From contig JAXLNO010000230.1 in assembly GCA_038087875.1 (NCBI GenBank), positions 310,001 through 374,000 on the forward strand: a stretch of 64,000 bases of DNA, in the 5' to 3' direction. Made by a program: the position numbers and the translations under genes. Shown here piece after piece: positions 1 through 11,125 of this stretch (position 1 is its first letter; each line of letters opens with the position of its first letter). This stretch comes from Malacoraja senta (lineage: Eukaryota). Under the pieces are notes generated by a model. The model was not told the DNA's origin, made no database searches, and was given only the letters and a program-made list of their open reading frames with translations.

Positions 1-160
1 TCATGGGTTGGCTTTTGCTTTGACATGCGCTTTAATATTATGAGGTATTGTGTGTAGATTGATGATTAAAAAAAAAAAATTTAATTAATTTTAAAATAAG
101 GCTGTAACGTAACTAAATGTGGAAAAAGTGAAGGGGTTTGAATACTTTCTGAATTCACTG
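1..160. mobile_element. Terminal inverted repeat end of a Tc1/mariner DNA transposon (rest lies upstream of window)
   Basis: Ends ...AATGTGGAAAAAGTGAAGGGGTTTGAATACTTTCTGAATTCACTG followed by TA (161-162), the typical vertebrate Tc1 terminus and TA target. Confidence 0.75.
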
Positions 161-287
161 TAAGATAGTAAAGCACTTGTGCTAAGATTTGTAAAATTAC
201 AGCCACTGAAATATTAGTAATTGACATTTTTGTGTGGAAAGATATTAATAAAATTATATACCAACTGTTTTATCCTTATTTCTGCAG

Positions 288-343
288 GATTGTTGCTTAT
301 GCAATTTGAGGGGTGGCGCACTAAAACAGACGACTGATAATAG
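288..343 (+). CDS. kdm4c: Internal exon of KDM4-family lysine demethylase (PHD region), DCCLCNLRGGALKQTTDN(R)
   Basis: Acceptor tttctgcag|, donor |gtaagt, 56 nt; peptide matches the KDM4 CCLCNLRGGAL motif; its phase-2 end joins the next exon in frame (AG+G=Arg). Confidence 0.92.
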
Positions 344-835
344 GTAAGTCATGGCTAAATTGTTGCAAGAATATTTTGATCACACAACAAAAGAACATTA
401 ATTCTGAAAGACTGCCAGCTACGAATTAGAAATGACACTCACAGTTGAAGCAGCTTCCACAGCAAGTGTCCATTTAAGAGATATTTGATTTGGTCAGAGA
501 ATGAAATCTGTTCATAATAGTGGAGGAAATAAAAAATGCAAAAAAAATTACTAATAAACCAGAATAGTTTCTTCAGAAGAGTACAGTGAGTGGAGCATGG
601 TTGTGTAAAAAAAAATGCATAAAATTGATTAAAATCACAGAGCTTGATTGACAAGGGAATTACCTAATCATCTCTGCTCGAGCTGGCTGTAAAGTTGTGA
701 CTAAATATAGCTAATAGTGCATAGAATAAAGATGGAGAAGGGGAATTTGAGTGAACAGAACAATCTACAAGGCACCTGCCTAATCAACAAGAGTTTGGGA
801 TTTGGTAAAGAGTGGCAAAAGGACTGAGAAAGTGA

Positions 836-1413
836 GTGAATTCAATATCTATGACTAGTGGTGTGCCTCAGGGTACGGTGCTGGGCCTGTTTCTGTTTCT
901 CATCTATATCAATGATTTGGATGAGAACGTACATGGCAAGATTAGCAAGTTTGCAGATGGTACAAACGTGGTTGGTATTGCAGATAGTGAAGATGGTTGT
1001 GAAAACTTGTGGCAGGATCTTGATTGGTTGGCCAGGTGGGCTGAGGGAATATAATGCAGAAAAATGTGAGGTTTTGCATTTTGGGAAGTCTAACATGGGC
1101 AGGACCTATACAGTGAATGGTAGGGCTCTGGGGAGTGTTATGAAGCATCTAGGAATGCAGGCACATAGTTCATTGAAGGTGGAGTCACAGGCAGATTCGG
1201 TGGTCAAAAAGGCTTTAGGCACATTGGACTTCATCAGTCAGAACTTGGGTCTCAACCAAAAACCTCACCTATTCCTTTTCTCCAAAGATGCTGTCTAACC
1301 CACTGAGTAACTCCAGCTTTTTGTGTCTATATTGTGTATAGAATTTTGGAGGTCATGTTACAGTTATATGAGACATTGGCGAGGCCGCATTTGTGTTCAG
1401 TTCTGGGCACCAT
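836..1413 (+). mobile_element. Degenerate CR1 LINE RT fragment (resumes at ~3105-3290 after the Rex insertions)
   Basis: TSGVPQGTVLG..FLIYINDLD..SKFADG; CEVLHFG motifs. Confidence 0.85.
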
Positions 1414-3100
1414 GGTTCAATGGTCCTTTATTGTCATGTGTACCGAGGTACAGTGAAATTTGATTTACCATACAGTCATACCAAAAAAGCAACAAGATAC
1501 AAAATTACATAAAGATTAAACATAAACAGCCACCACAATGGTGTGTTAGAATCCCTAGGGCATGCAGCATAAGTGGAGACCCACAGCCATCAGTTCAATG
1601 TCCGGGCCACACACACGCTCCTTCACCGTGATGTGACCAGAGTTGTACCGACCGCCGTCACTCTCTGCTGTCCCTGTCCGCCCGAACAGTCAGAAAACCG
1701 TCTGCTCTCACACAAGATTCCAGGATCAAGTCGTCAAGTCAAGTCAAGAGAGTTTATTGTCATGTGTCCCAGATAGGACAATGAAATTCTTGCTTGCTGC
1801 AGCACGACAGAATATTTTAGGCATAAATACAGATCAGATCAGATCAGATCAGTGTGACCATATACCATAGAATATATATATACACACATGAATACACAGA
1901 TAAAGTGCAATAGGCTGTTTTAGTTCACAGTTTATTTGAAGTTGTGTTTAATAGTCTGATGGCTGTGGGGAAGTAGCTATTCCTGAACCTAGATGTTGCA
2001 GATTTCAGGCTCCTGTACCTTCTACCTGATGGCAGCGGAGAGATGTGTGTGTGGCCAGGATGGTGTGGGTCCTTGATGATGCTGGCAGCCTTTTTGAGGC
2101 AGCGCTTGAGATAGATCCCCTCGATGATAGGGAGGTCAGAGCCGATGATGGATTGGGCAGTGTTTACAACTTTTTGCAACCTTTTCCGCTCCTGGACGCT
2201 CAGGTTGCCGAACCAAGCCACGATGCAACCGGCCAGCATGCTCTCTACTATGCACCTATAGAGGTTCGAGAGAGTCCTCCTTGACATACCGACTCTCCGT
2301 AATCTTCTCAGGAAGTAGAGGCGCTGATGTGCTTTCTTTATGATTACATCAGTGTTCTGGAACCAGGAGAGATCTTCAGAAATATGCACGCCTAGGAATT
2401 TGAAGTTCTTGACCCTTTCCACCATCGACCCGTTGATATAAACGGGACTGTGGGTCCCCATCCTACCCCTTCCGAAGTCCACAATCAGTTCCTTGGTTTT
2501 GCTGGTGTTAAGAGCCAGGTTATTGTGCTGGCACCATTTGGTCAATCGGTCAATCTCACTTCTATACTCTGACTCGCCCCATGCGCAATGTTCCCGCAAA
2601 CACCGAGATCACTGCACTCACAACAATCCCTTCGAGTCCTCACCAGCGCAGGTGGTACGTCCATCTTGTTTGTCGGGGACCTCACATTTTCTACTGTGAT
2701 GGAAGGCAAATAACTTTTACCGCCTTCCTCCTTTTCTCCCGTGGTCGGGGCGCTCGAAGCTCCCGCAGTCGACGATTGAACCCCACGCAATGGGGCAATC
2801 GAGGCTCCCCCGATCGGGGCGGTCGAAGTTCCTGCGGTTGGAGCACCCAAAGTCGATCCCGAACAAAGGGACCGCCAGCTCCACGATGTTTGGCCGCAGT
2901 GCAGACGGAGATACGATACGGAAAAATCTAATCTCCGTCGAGGGAAGAGATAAAAAGTTTCCCCAACCCCCATCCCCCACATAATACAAAAACTAAAGAT
3001 ACACTAATACATACAAATAAAACAGACTAAAAACAACACCAGAAGAAAGGGACGAGACAGGGTAGTGGCGAGGCTGCCACTTGCGACGCCACCCATGTTA
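1414..3100 (-). mobile_element. Internally deleted Rex1/Babar-like LINE (1414-1725 plus 2581-3100) hosting a second, 5'-truncated Rex1-like copy (1726-2580)
   Basis: Two separate 3' tails (ATGACAATAAA plus short repeat) at ~1415 and ~1726-1760; endonuclease remnants ENVRSPTNKMD / DGFLTVRADRD; RT C-terminal ORF 1925..2599 (LNTSKTKELIVDF, KKAHQRLYFLRRL). Confidence 0.85.
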
Positions 3101-3689
3101 AAGGAAAGATGTTGTCATGCTAGAAAGGGCACAGAGAAGATTTACGAGGATGTTGCCAGGACTCGAGGGTCTGAGGTTGAGTAGGCTTGGACTTTATTCC
3201 TTGGAGTGCAGGAGAATGAGGGGTAATTTTATAGAAGTGTATACACTCATGAGAGGAATAGATTGGGTAGATGCACAGAGCCCCCTGAGGAAGTGAACTC
3301 AAGTCTCAAGAATCTTTGAGTGAAAATACGTCTATACGTGCTTACTTAATCTGGGATTGTGTTGATGTTTAGTAATAATTTACTGAACTGTATGCACAAA
3401 AACAAATTTTTCTCTACCATGACCATTGCCCAGTTGACCATTGGATAGGACAGGTTTTTACATGGATAGTACAGGTTTGGAGGGATATGGGCCAAATGCC
3501 TGCAGGTGGAACTAGTATAGTTGGGGCATGTTGGCCGATGTGGGCAGGTTGGGCCGAAGGGCATGTTTCCACTGTGTCATGCAGATCTATGCACTCAGGT
3601 GGTAATAACATGTCCTGTGTCACAATTTCATAAGATGAACAGGAAATTATCCAAAGTGTCCCGAGTATCATTTGTTCCTCACTCATCGT

Positions 3690-4612
3690 TGGTCTTCTTT
3701 GTGGAGCAGGAGAGTAATCTCCGCATCCGACACATCATTTTCCGATATTCCTGTCACCTCCAATGTGAACGCACCACCATTAGCACCTTCCCACCCGCAT
3801 CCTGTTCCACCTTCCTCATAGACCGCTCCTCCTCACTCATACCTGCGCACCCAAACCACCCCTCCCCAGGTACTTTCCCCTCCAACCGCAGGTGTACCAC
3901 CTATCCCCATACCTCCTTTCTTGCCTCCATCCAGGTATCCCAGCAGTACCTCCAGGTGAGAAAGAGGTTCACATGCACTTCCTCTAACCTTATCAACTGC
4001 ATCTGGTGTTCCCGATGTGGCCACCTGTACATCAGCGAGACTAAGGTTAGACTCGGTGACCACTTTACCTGACACGTGCTTGGATCTCTGGGCAGCTAAC
4101 TCCTTTTCCCATTCCCATATTAACCTTTCTGTGATAGGCCTCCACCATTGCCAGAGTGAGGCCACACACAAACTTGAGGAACAGCACCTCATATTCTGCT
4201 TGGGTAGCTTACAACCCAACGGTATAAACATTGAATTCTCCAATTGTAGGTAACTACAAGCCATGCCTCCTCTCCCCATGTGCCCCACCTGGACTTGCAC
4301 CTATGTCCCCCTTCCACCTACATTCCTTCAGCTAGCTTTACAATTTACAACTCCTCAATTGTTTTGTTTCACACCTTCTGTCTTTTCATCTCTGGCCTTT
4401 GTCCAACCATCTGCCTGTCAAAACCCCCCCTCACCTGTATCTACCTATTGCCTGCCAGGCTGTGTCCAACGCCTCCTCTCTTCCAGCTTTCTTCCCACCT
4501 TCCACCTCCACACAATCAGTCTGAAGAACGGGCCCTGAGCTGAAATGTCACCTCTCCATGTTCTCCAGAGACGCTGCCTGACCTGCTGAGTTATTCCAGC
4601 ACTTTATGTCTT
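3690..4612 (+). mobile_element. Penelope-like element 3' fragment (GIY-YIG endonuclease plus terminal repeat)
   Basis: FTCTSSNLINCIWCSRCGHLYISETKVRL; EEQHLIFCLGSLQPNGINIEF. Confidence 0.85.
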
Positions 4613-4619
4613 TTCTTAT

Positions 4620-4993
4620 CGGTCTTCATTGATTGGGCATTGAGTATAAGAGTCAGGAAATCATGTTGCAGTTTTATAAAACTTTGGTGAGCCGCATTTG
4701 GAGTATTGTGTGCAATTCTGGTCACTCCATTGCACTAAGGATGTGGAGGCTGGAGAGAGTACAGAAGAGGTTTACTAGGACGCTGCGTGGATTAGAATGT
4801 ATTAGCTATAAGGAGAGGTTGGACAAACTTGGATTGTTCTCTCTAGAGCTGAGGAGGCTTGGGGGAGGAGACCTGATAAATGTATTTAAAGGTATGAGAG
4901 GCATAGATAGACAGTTAGAACCCTTTTCTCATGGTAATATCTAAGACTAGAGGGGGATCGTTTTAAGATCAAAGAGGGAAATTTTAAAGGAGA
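4620..4993 (+). mobile_element. CR1 LINE 3' fragment, truncated by the Helitron
   Basis: LERVQKRFTR..SYKERLDKLGLFSLELRRL..DLI. Confidence 0.8.
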
Positions 4994-5525
4994 CTAGACC
5001 AAGTGGGACCCGTTGGGTCCGTGTTACACGGAAGGCCTTGTCCCCCAACACAATATTCCACCACTGAGCCATAGCCCCCAACTGCGCATGCTCGGCTGAC
5101 GGCAGAAGTTAAGTTAAAGTTAATAACTTTGCGTTTAATATTTCCATTACCTTGCCATCCCTATACCCCGCCATCCCTCTTCCTACCCCTATCCTCCATT
5201 CTCCCTCAACCTGCAGAACTCCCCCCTTCCCCTTCACCCTCCCTCTTCTTTCCCCTCTCCTCCTACCCTCCCCCATTCCCTCCCTCACCTCTCCCACCCT
5301 CTCCTTTCCCCTACCCTCAATCACTCCCTCCCTCCAAAACCCCACTCCTATTCCTACACCCCTGCTCTCCCTCTATCCCCCTGCTCTCCCACTCCTGATC
5401 TACCCACTATCCCACCCCACACTCTTCCTCCTCACCTCTCCCACTGCCTTCCTCACCCTCTATCCTGTACTCCCTACCTCCCCCACTCTCCTCCTCTCCC
5501 TCAATACCCCCACTCTCCCATCTCA

Positions 5526-8500
5526 GATTCAGATTCAACTTTATTGTCATTGTGCAGTGTACAGTACAGAGACAACGAAATGCAGTTAGCATCTCCCTAG
5601 AAGAGCGACATAAATATGAGCAATAAATAAATCTATTTACGTGCATACAGTCATAGTTTGTTTTTTTCCTGGTGGGAGGAGTGTCCGGGGGGGGGGGGGG
5701 TGGGGGGGGGGGTGATTGGCAGTCACCGAGGTACAGTGTTGAGTAGTGTAACAGCTGCAGGGAAGAAGCTGTTCCTGGACCTGCTGGTCCGGCAACGGAG
5801 AGACCTCTAACGCCACCCGGATGGTAGGAGGGTAAACAGTCTGTGGTTGGGGTGAGAGCAGTCCTTGGCGATGCTGAGCGCTCTTCGCAGACAACGCTTG
5901 CTTTGGACAGACTCAATGGAGGGGAGTGAGGAACCGGTGATGTGTTGGGCAATTTTCACCACCCTCTGCAATGCTTTCCGGTCGGAGACAGAGCAGTTGC
6001 CATACCATACTGTGATACAGTTGGTAAGGATGCTCTCGATGGTGCAGCGGTAGAAGTTCACCAGAATCTGAGGAGACAGATGGACCTTCTTTAGTCTCCT
6101 CAGGAAGAAGAGACGCTGGTGAGCCTTCTTGACCAGAGTTGAGGTATTGTGGGTCCAAGAGAGGTCATCGGAGATGTTGACCCCCAGGAACCTGAAGCTG
6201 GAAACACGTTCTACCTCCGTCCCGTTAATGTGGATGGGGGTGTGCGTGCCACCCCTAGACTTCCTGAAGTCTACAATGAGCACCTTGGTCTTCTTGGAGT
6301 TAAGGGCCAGGTTGTTGTCAGCGCACCATGCTGCTAGGAGCTGGACCTCCTCCCTATAGGCCAACTCATCGTTGTTGCTGATGAGGCCAATCACCGTTGT
6401 ATCATCTGCATACTTGATGATGGTGTTAGTACCATGTACAGGTGTGCAGTCGTAGGTGAAGAGGGAGTAGAGGAGGGGGCTCAGCACACAGCCCTGTGGA
6501 ACGCCGGTGTTCAGGGTGAGGGTTGAAGAGGTGTGCTTGTCTAACCTAACAGACTGGGGTCTGTTGGTTAGAAAGTCCAGTATCCAGTTGCAGAGGGAGG
6601 GGTCGATGCCCAGGTCACCGAGTTTGGTGATCAGTTTAGAGGGGATGATGGTGTTGAATGCTGAGCTGTAATCGATGAACAGCATTCTTACGTAAGTGTC
6701 TCTGTTGTCGAGGTGGGAGAGGGCGGAGTGAAGTGCCGTTGAGATGGCATCCTCCGTACTCCTGTTCTTGCGGTAGGCAAACTGATAGGGATCCAATGTG
6801 GGGGGTAGGCAGCCTTTGAGGTGTGCCAGGACCAGCCTCTCAAAGCACTTGGCGATGATGGGAGTAAGTGCAACTGGGCGGAAGTCGTTGAGGCTTGCCG
6901 CAGTGGAGTGTTTTGGCACCGGCACGATGGAGGTGGATTTAAGGCACGTGGGCACAACTGCTTGGGCAAGTGACAGGTTGAAGATGTCAGTCCAGACGTC
7001 TGTCAGCTGAGGGTCTGTCAGCTGCGCAGCACAGGCCCTGAGGACGCGCCCGGGTGCCGTCAGGGCCAGCAGCCTTACGTGCATTAGTCCTACTCAGTGC
7101 CACGTACACGTCGTAGGGGGTGAGTGTGAGGGGCTGGTGATCGGCAGGGAGCACTGCCTTGATGGCCATCTCTAGATTGTCCCTGTCAAAGCGGCCATAG
7201 AAGTGGTTAAGCTCCTCAAGGAAGGAGGCGTTGCTGGATGTGGGGGTGGTGTTGGTGGGTCTAAAGTCCGTGATGGCCTGGATGCCTTGCCACATGCGTC
7301 GGGGGTCGGAGTTGTTGTTGAAGTGCTCCTCAATCCTGAGCTTATGGCAGTGCTTGGCCTTCTTGATGCCCCTCTTCAGGTTAGCCCTGGATGAACTGTA
7401 GGCTCGGGCATCGCCTGACCTGAAAGCGGTGTCCCGTGCTTTCAGCAGTAGCCTGACCTCGCTGTTCATCCATTGCTTCTGATTCGGGAATATGGTCACT
7501 TTTGAGGGAGGTGACACTGTTGATGGTGGAGTTTATAAAGTCCAGAACAGAGGATGTATAGGAGTCAATGTCCGTGTGGGAGTCAAGGGTGGCCTGGGCT
7601 GCAAACGCCTTCCAGTCAGTGTTTCCAAAACACTGCTGAAGTGTGGAGTCCTCCTCCTCTGACCAGACTTTAACTGTCCTCACAGTGGGTTTAACCCGTC
7701 TGATGAGTGGGGAGTACTTTGGGAGCAGGAACAATGAGAGGTGATCAGACTGTCCAAGGTGGGGGAGGGGGAGGCTTTGTAAGCTTCAGCCATGTTAGTG
7801 TAGACTTTGTCCAGTGTCTTGTCTTTTCTAGTGACGAAGGAGACATGTTGGTGGAATTTGGGGAGTACAGTCTTCAGGTTGGAGTGATTGAAGTCACCCG
7901 CAACAATGAAGGCTGCCTCGGGGTTGTGAGTCTGTTGTTTGCTAATGGCAGTATGCAGATCTTTCATTGCAAGCTTGGCATTAGCATCAGGAGGAATATA
8001 GGCTGCAGTCACAACAGTGGAGGTAAACTCTCTGGGCAGATAGAACGGTCTGGATCTAACCAAGAGGAACTCTAGGTTAGCTGAGCAGTGACTCTCGATG
8101 ATGGTGGTGTCCGTGCACCATGCTTTATTTACATAAATGCACAGACACCCACCTCTGGTCTTACCGGAGTCTGTTGTCCTGTCCGCTCGGAGTAAATGCC
8201 GCCCCATTAGCTGGATGGCGCTGTCAGGAACGTTGGTGTTGAGCCAAGTTTCAGTGAGGATCAAGATGCTGCAGTCTTTGATCCAGTTGTGGGAGGTGAT
8301 CCTTAGCCGGAGTTCGTCCATTTTGTTTGCCAGTGAGCGCACGTTGGCGAGGAAAAGGCTAGGAATCGCTAGCCTGTGTGGGGCTAGCTCTAACCTGGCC
8401 TTTAACCCACCTCTGCGTCCCCGGCGGTGCTTTCGTTCACGTCGCCATCTGTTGGTGCTTCCAGTCGGTCGAGTTGGCTTGGTGCGCACTGGTGTTCTGC

Positions 8501-8754
8501 CGCTCCGCGGCTCCGCTGGCGTTCTGCCGCCCCGCGGCTCCGCTGCTCTGACTAGCTCAGGAGCGAGACGGAGATCGACCAGAAAGTTGTTGGAGCCGCA
8601 GCAACCGAAGTCCAGAAGTTCCTGTCGGCTGTACGAAAGGGATGCAAGACTGCTCCGTGTGAGCAACCTTGAGACAGGTAGGGGAATTGTCACTGTTTCT
8701 TGAATTTCTCGAATTTTGGGAGACACGGGGCGTCGCGATGTGCCCGCGCCGCCG
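5526..8754 (-). mobile_element. Near full-length Rex1/Babar-clade LINE (APE endonuclease plus RT, frameshifted)
   Basis: ORFs 7680..8726 (ANVRSLANKMDEL, LTETWL, AGDFNH), 7381..7734, 6987..7517, 5807..7084 ([22 protein letters not shown]); TGAATC-repeat tail; 8-bp TSD CCATCTCA at 5518-5525 and 8755-8762. Confidence 0.93.
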
Positions 8755-8763
8755 CCATCTCAC

Positions 8764-8870
8764 CTCCCCAGGATCTCGCTGCAAAGCACCTCCAGCTCCG
8801 TTTTCTCCACCACGTCGGTGATGAAGTTGTACTTGAGGCGGGTGGGACGGGCCGAGCGGCGCAGAGCCGG
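8764..8870 (-). pseudogene. htra2: Captured fragment of an HtrA serine protease exon (HTRA2-like) ending at a splice donor
   Basis: PTRLKYNFITDVVEKTELEVLCSEILGR|gtgag matches the HtrA YNFIADVVEK..PAVVYIEIL.R motif with a phase-2 donor; GC-rich upstream sequence; upstream boundary approximate. Confidence 0.75.
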
Positions 8871-9296
8871 GGGAAGGGGAGAGAGAGGCCGAGGCTGCGG
8901 CCTAGTCCTTGCCATGGGTCCCGCTCCTCTCCCGCTCCTCTCTCTATCATGATCACGACACACACATGTTACGAGACAACATAAGAAGAAGCTTTTATAT
9001 GATTTATATGATGTGAATGGAACAGCGATTAAGAATGGAAAGTTATGTTATTTATTTGCTTTGTATTACTTCAATAAAAAAACAATTAATCAAGAAACGA
9101 CGTCTGGAAGATTAATCTTTGCTGTCTCATGTGTGTCGTGAGTACGTTAAGCTATATCGTAGCGCAATCTTGTACTGTTTTTGCGTAAATGTAAAAACAA
9201 AGCAAACTGGAAGATAACAAGATGAGAGTTTTAGTTATGTATAGGTAGATAGATAGAAGATAGACAGACAGACCGGACCCGACCGGACCGGACCCG

Positions 9297-9540
9297 ACCA
9301 AGTGGGACCCGTTGGGTCCCTGTCACACGGAAGGACTGGTCCCCGAACGCAATATTCCGCCACTCACCCATAGTCCCCAACTGCGCAGGCACTGCTGACG
9401 GGTTCCCGTTGTGACACCAGAGATCCCATATCCCGAGTCACAGTAACCTTCCCCAAGTGTGCCTCGCCATCCATCTTCCTACCCCTCATCCCCATCACTC
9501 CCTCCCCCTCCTCTTCACCCCTCCCTCTTATATATATATA
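9297..9540 (-). mobile_element. Short Helitron derivative (unit B), hairpin present but terminal CTAG lost
   Basis: CCAAGTGGGACCCGTTGGGTCCC plus ~100 bp homologous to 4999-5100 and 9555-9620. Confidence 0.65.
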
Positions 9541-9842
9541 GGATATACTAGACTAAGTGGGACCCGTTGGGTCCCAGCATCACACGGGAGGGCTGCTCCC
9601 CCAACACAATATTCCACCTCTCCACCAATTCCAATATTGGTGGCCAGTGGGGGGGGGGGGGGGCTTTCTGGAGTGCTAGTATGGGTGTTGTGGGCTGAAG
9701 GGACCGGTTTCCAGAGGGCTAATATGGACATTGTGGGCCAAATGGATTCTTGGGGTGGCAGCTCAGTCACTCAAGCCTGATGTGCTGGCAGCTCACTCAA
9801 GGCTGGTGGGCTGGCAGTTGACACAGCTATTCCTTGAAATTC

Positions 9843-10435
9843 CATTTCAAGCAGGGTGCAAGGCCACCAAATTCAAATGCAGTTTCCTACCATTTCAAGC
9901 AGGGTGCAAGGCCACCAATTTCAATTGCAGTTTCTTACCACTTTAAGCAGGGTGCAAGGCCACCAAATTCAAGTGCAGTTTCCTACCACTTCAAGCAGGG
10001 TGCAAGGACACCAAATTCAAGTGCAGTTTCCGACCACTTCAAGCAGGGTGCAAGGCCACCGAATTCAAGTGCAGTTTCATACCACTTCAAGCAGGGTGCA
10101 AGGCCACCGAATTCAAGTGCAGTTTCATACCACTTCAAGCAGGGTGCAAGGCCACCAAATTCAAGTGCAGTTTTATACCACTTCAAGCAGGGTGCAGGGC
10201 CACCAAACTCAAGTGCAGTTTCCTACCACTTCAAGCAGGGTGCAAGGCCAGCAAATTCAAGTACAGTTTCATACCACTTCAAGCAGGGTGCAAGGCCACC
10301 AAATTCAAATGCAGTTTCATGCCATTTCATGCAGGGTGCAAGACCACCAAATTCAAATACAGTTTCATACCATTTCATGCAGGGTGCAAGGCCACCACAT
10401 TCAAATGCAGTTTCATACCATTTCAAGCAGGGTGA
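9843..10435. repeat. 48-bp minisatellite, ~12.5 copies
   Basis: Unit CACTTCAAGCAGGGTGCAAGGCCACCAAATTCAAGTGCAGTTTCATAC. Confidence 0.95.
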
Positions 10436-10449
10436 AACCACCATAAAAC

Positions 10450-11125
10450 CACCAACAACCATTTGCTGTGCTTTATTTCAAACCAACCACCACCAACAAC
10501 AACCATTTGCTGTGCTTTATTTCAAACCAACCACCACCAACAACAACCATTTGCTGTGCTTTATTTCGAACCAACCACCACCACCACCAACAACCATTTG
10601 CTGTGCTTTATTTCAAACCAACCACCACCACCACCAACAACCATTTGCTGTGCTTTATTTCGAACCAACCACCGCCACCACCAACAGCCATTTGCTGTGC
10701 TTTATTTCGAACCAACACCACCACCACCAACAACAACCATTTGCTGTGCTTTATTTCGAACCAACCACCACCACCACCAACAACCATTTGCTGTGCTTTA
10801 TTTCAAACCAACCACCACCACCAACAACCATTTGCTGTGCTTTATTTTGAACCAACCACCACCACCAACAACCATTTGCTGTGCTTTATTTCGAACCAAC
10901 CACCACCACCAACAACCATATGCTGTGCTTTATTTCAAACTAACCACCACCACCAACAACAACCATTTGCTGTGCTTTATTTCTAACCAACCACCACCAC
11001 CAACAACCATTTGCTGTGCTTTATTTCAAACCAACCACCACCACCAACAATCATTTGCTGTGCTTTATTTCAAACCAACCACCACCACCAACAACCATTT
11101 GCTGTGCTTTATTTCAAGCCAACCA
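10450..11125. repeat. 44-50 bp minisatellite, ~15 copies, length varying by CCA/CAA triplets
   Basis: Unit core AACCATTTGCTGTGCTTTATTTC(A/G)AACCAACCACC... Confidence 0.95.

Larger units (their letters stand above)
4994..9245 (-). mobile_element. Non-autonomous Helitron (unit C) carrying a captured HTRA2-like fragment, interrupted by a Rex1-like LINE
   Basis: Minus-strand 3' end GGACCCAACGGGTCCCACTTGGTCTAG|T (hairpin plus CTAG at 4994-4997); 5' end CCTATACATAACTAAAACTCTCATCTTG resembles the TCTATATTACTAAAAGTCTGATCTTG starts of sister copies. Confidence 0.7.

Noticed and set aside
5109..5589. Pro/Leu-rich and Gly/Glu-rich ORFs
   Set aside because: Low-complexity polypyrimidine/polypurine tract
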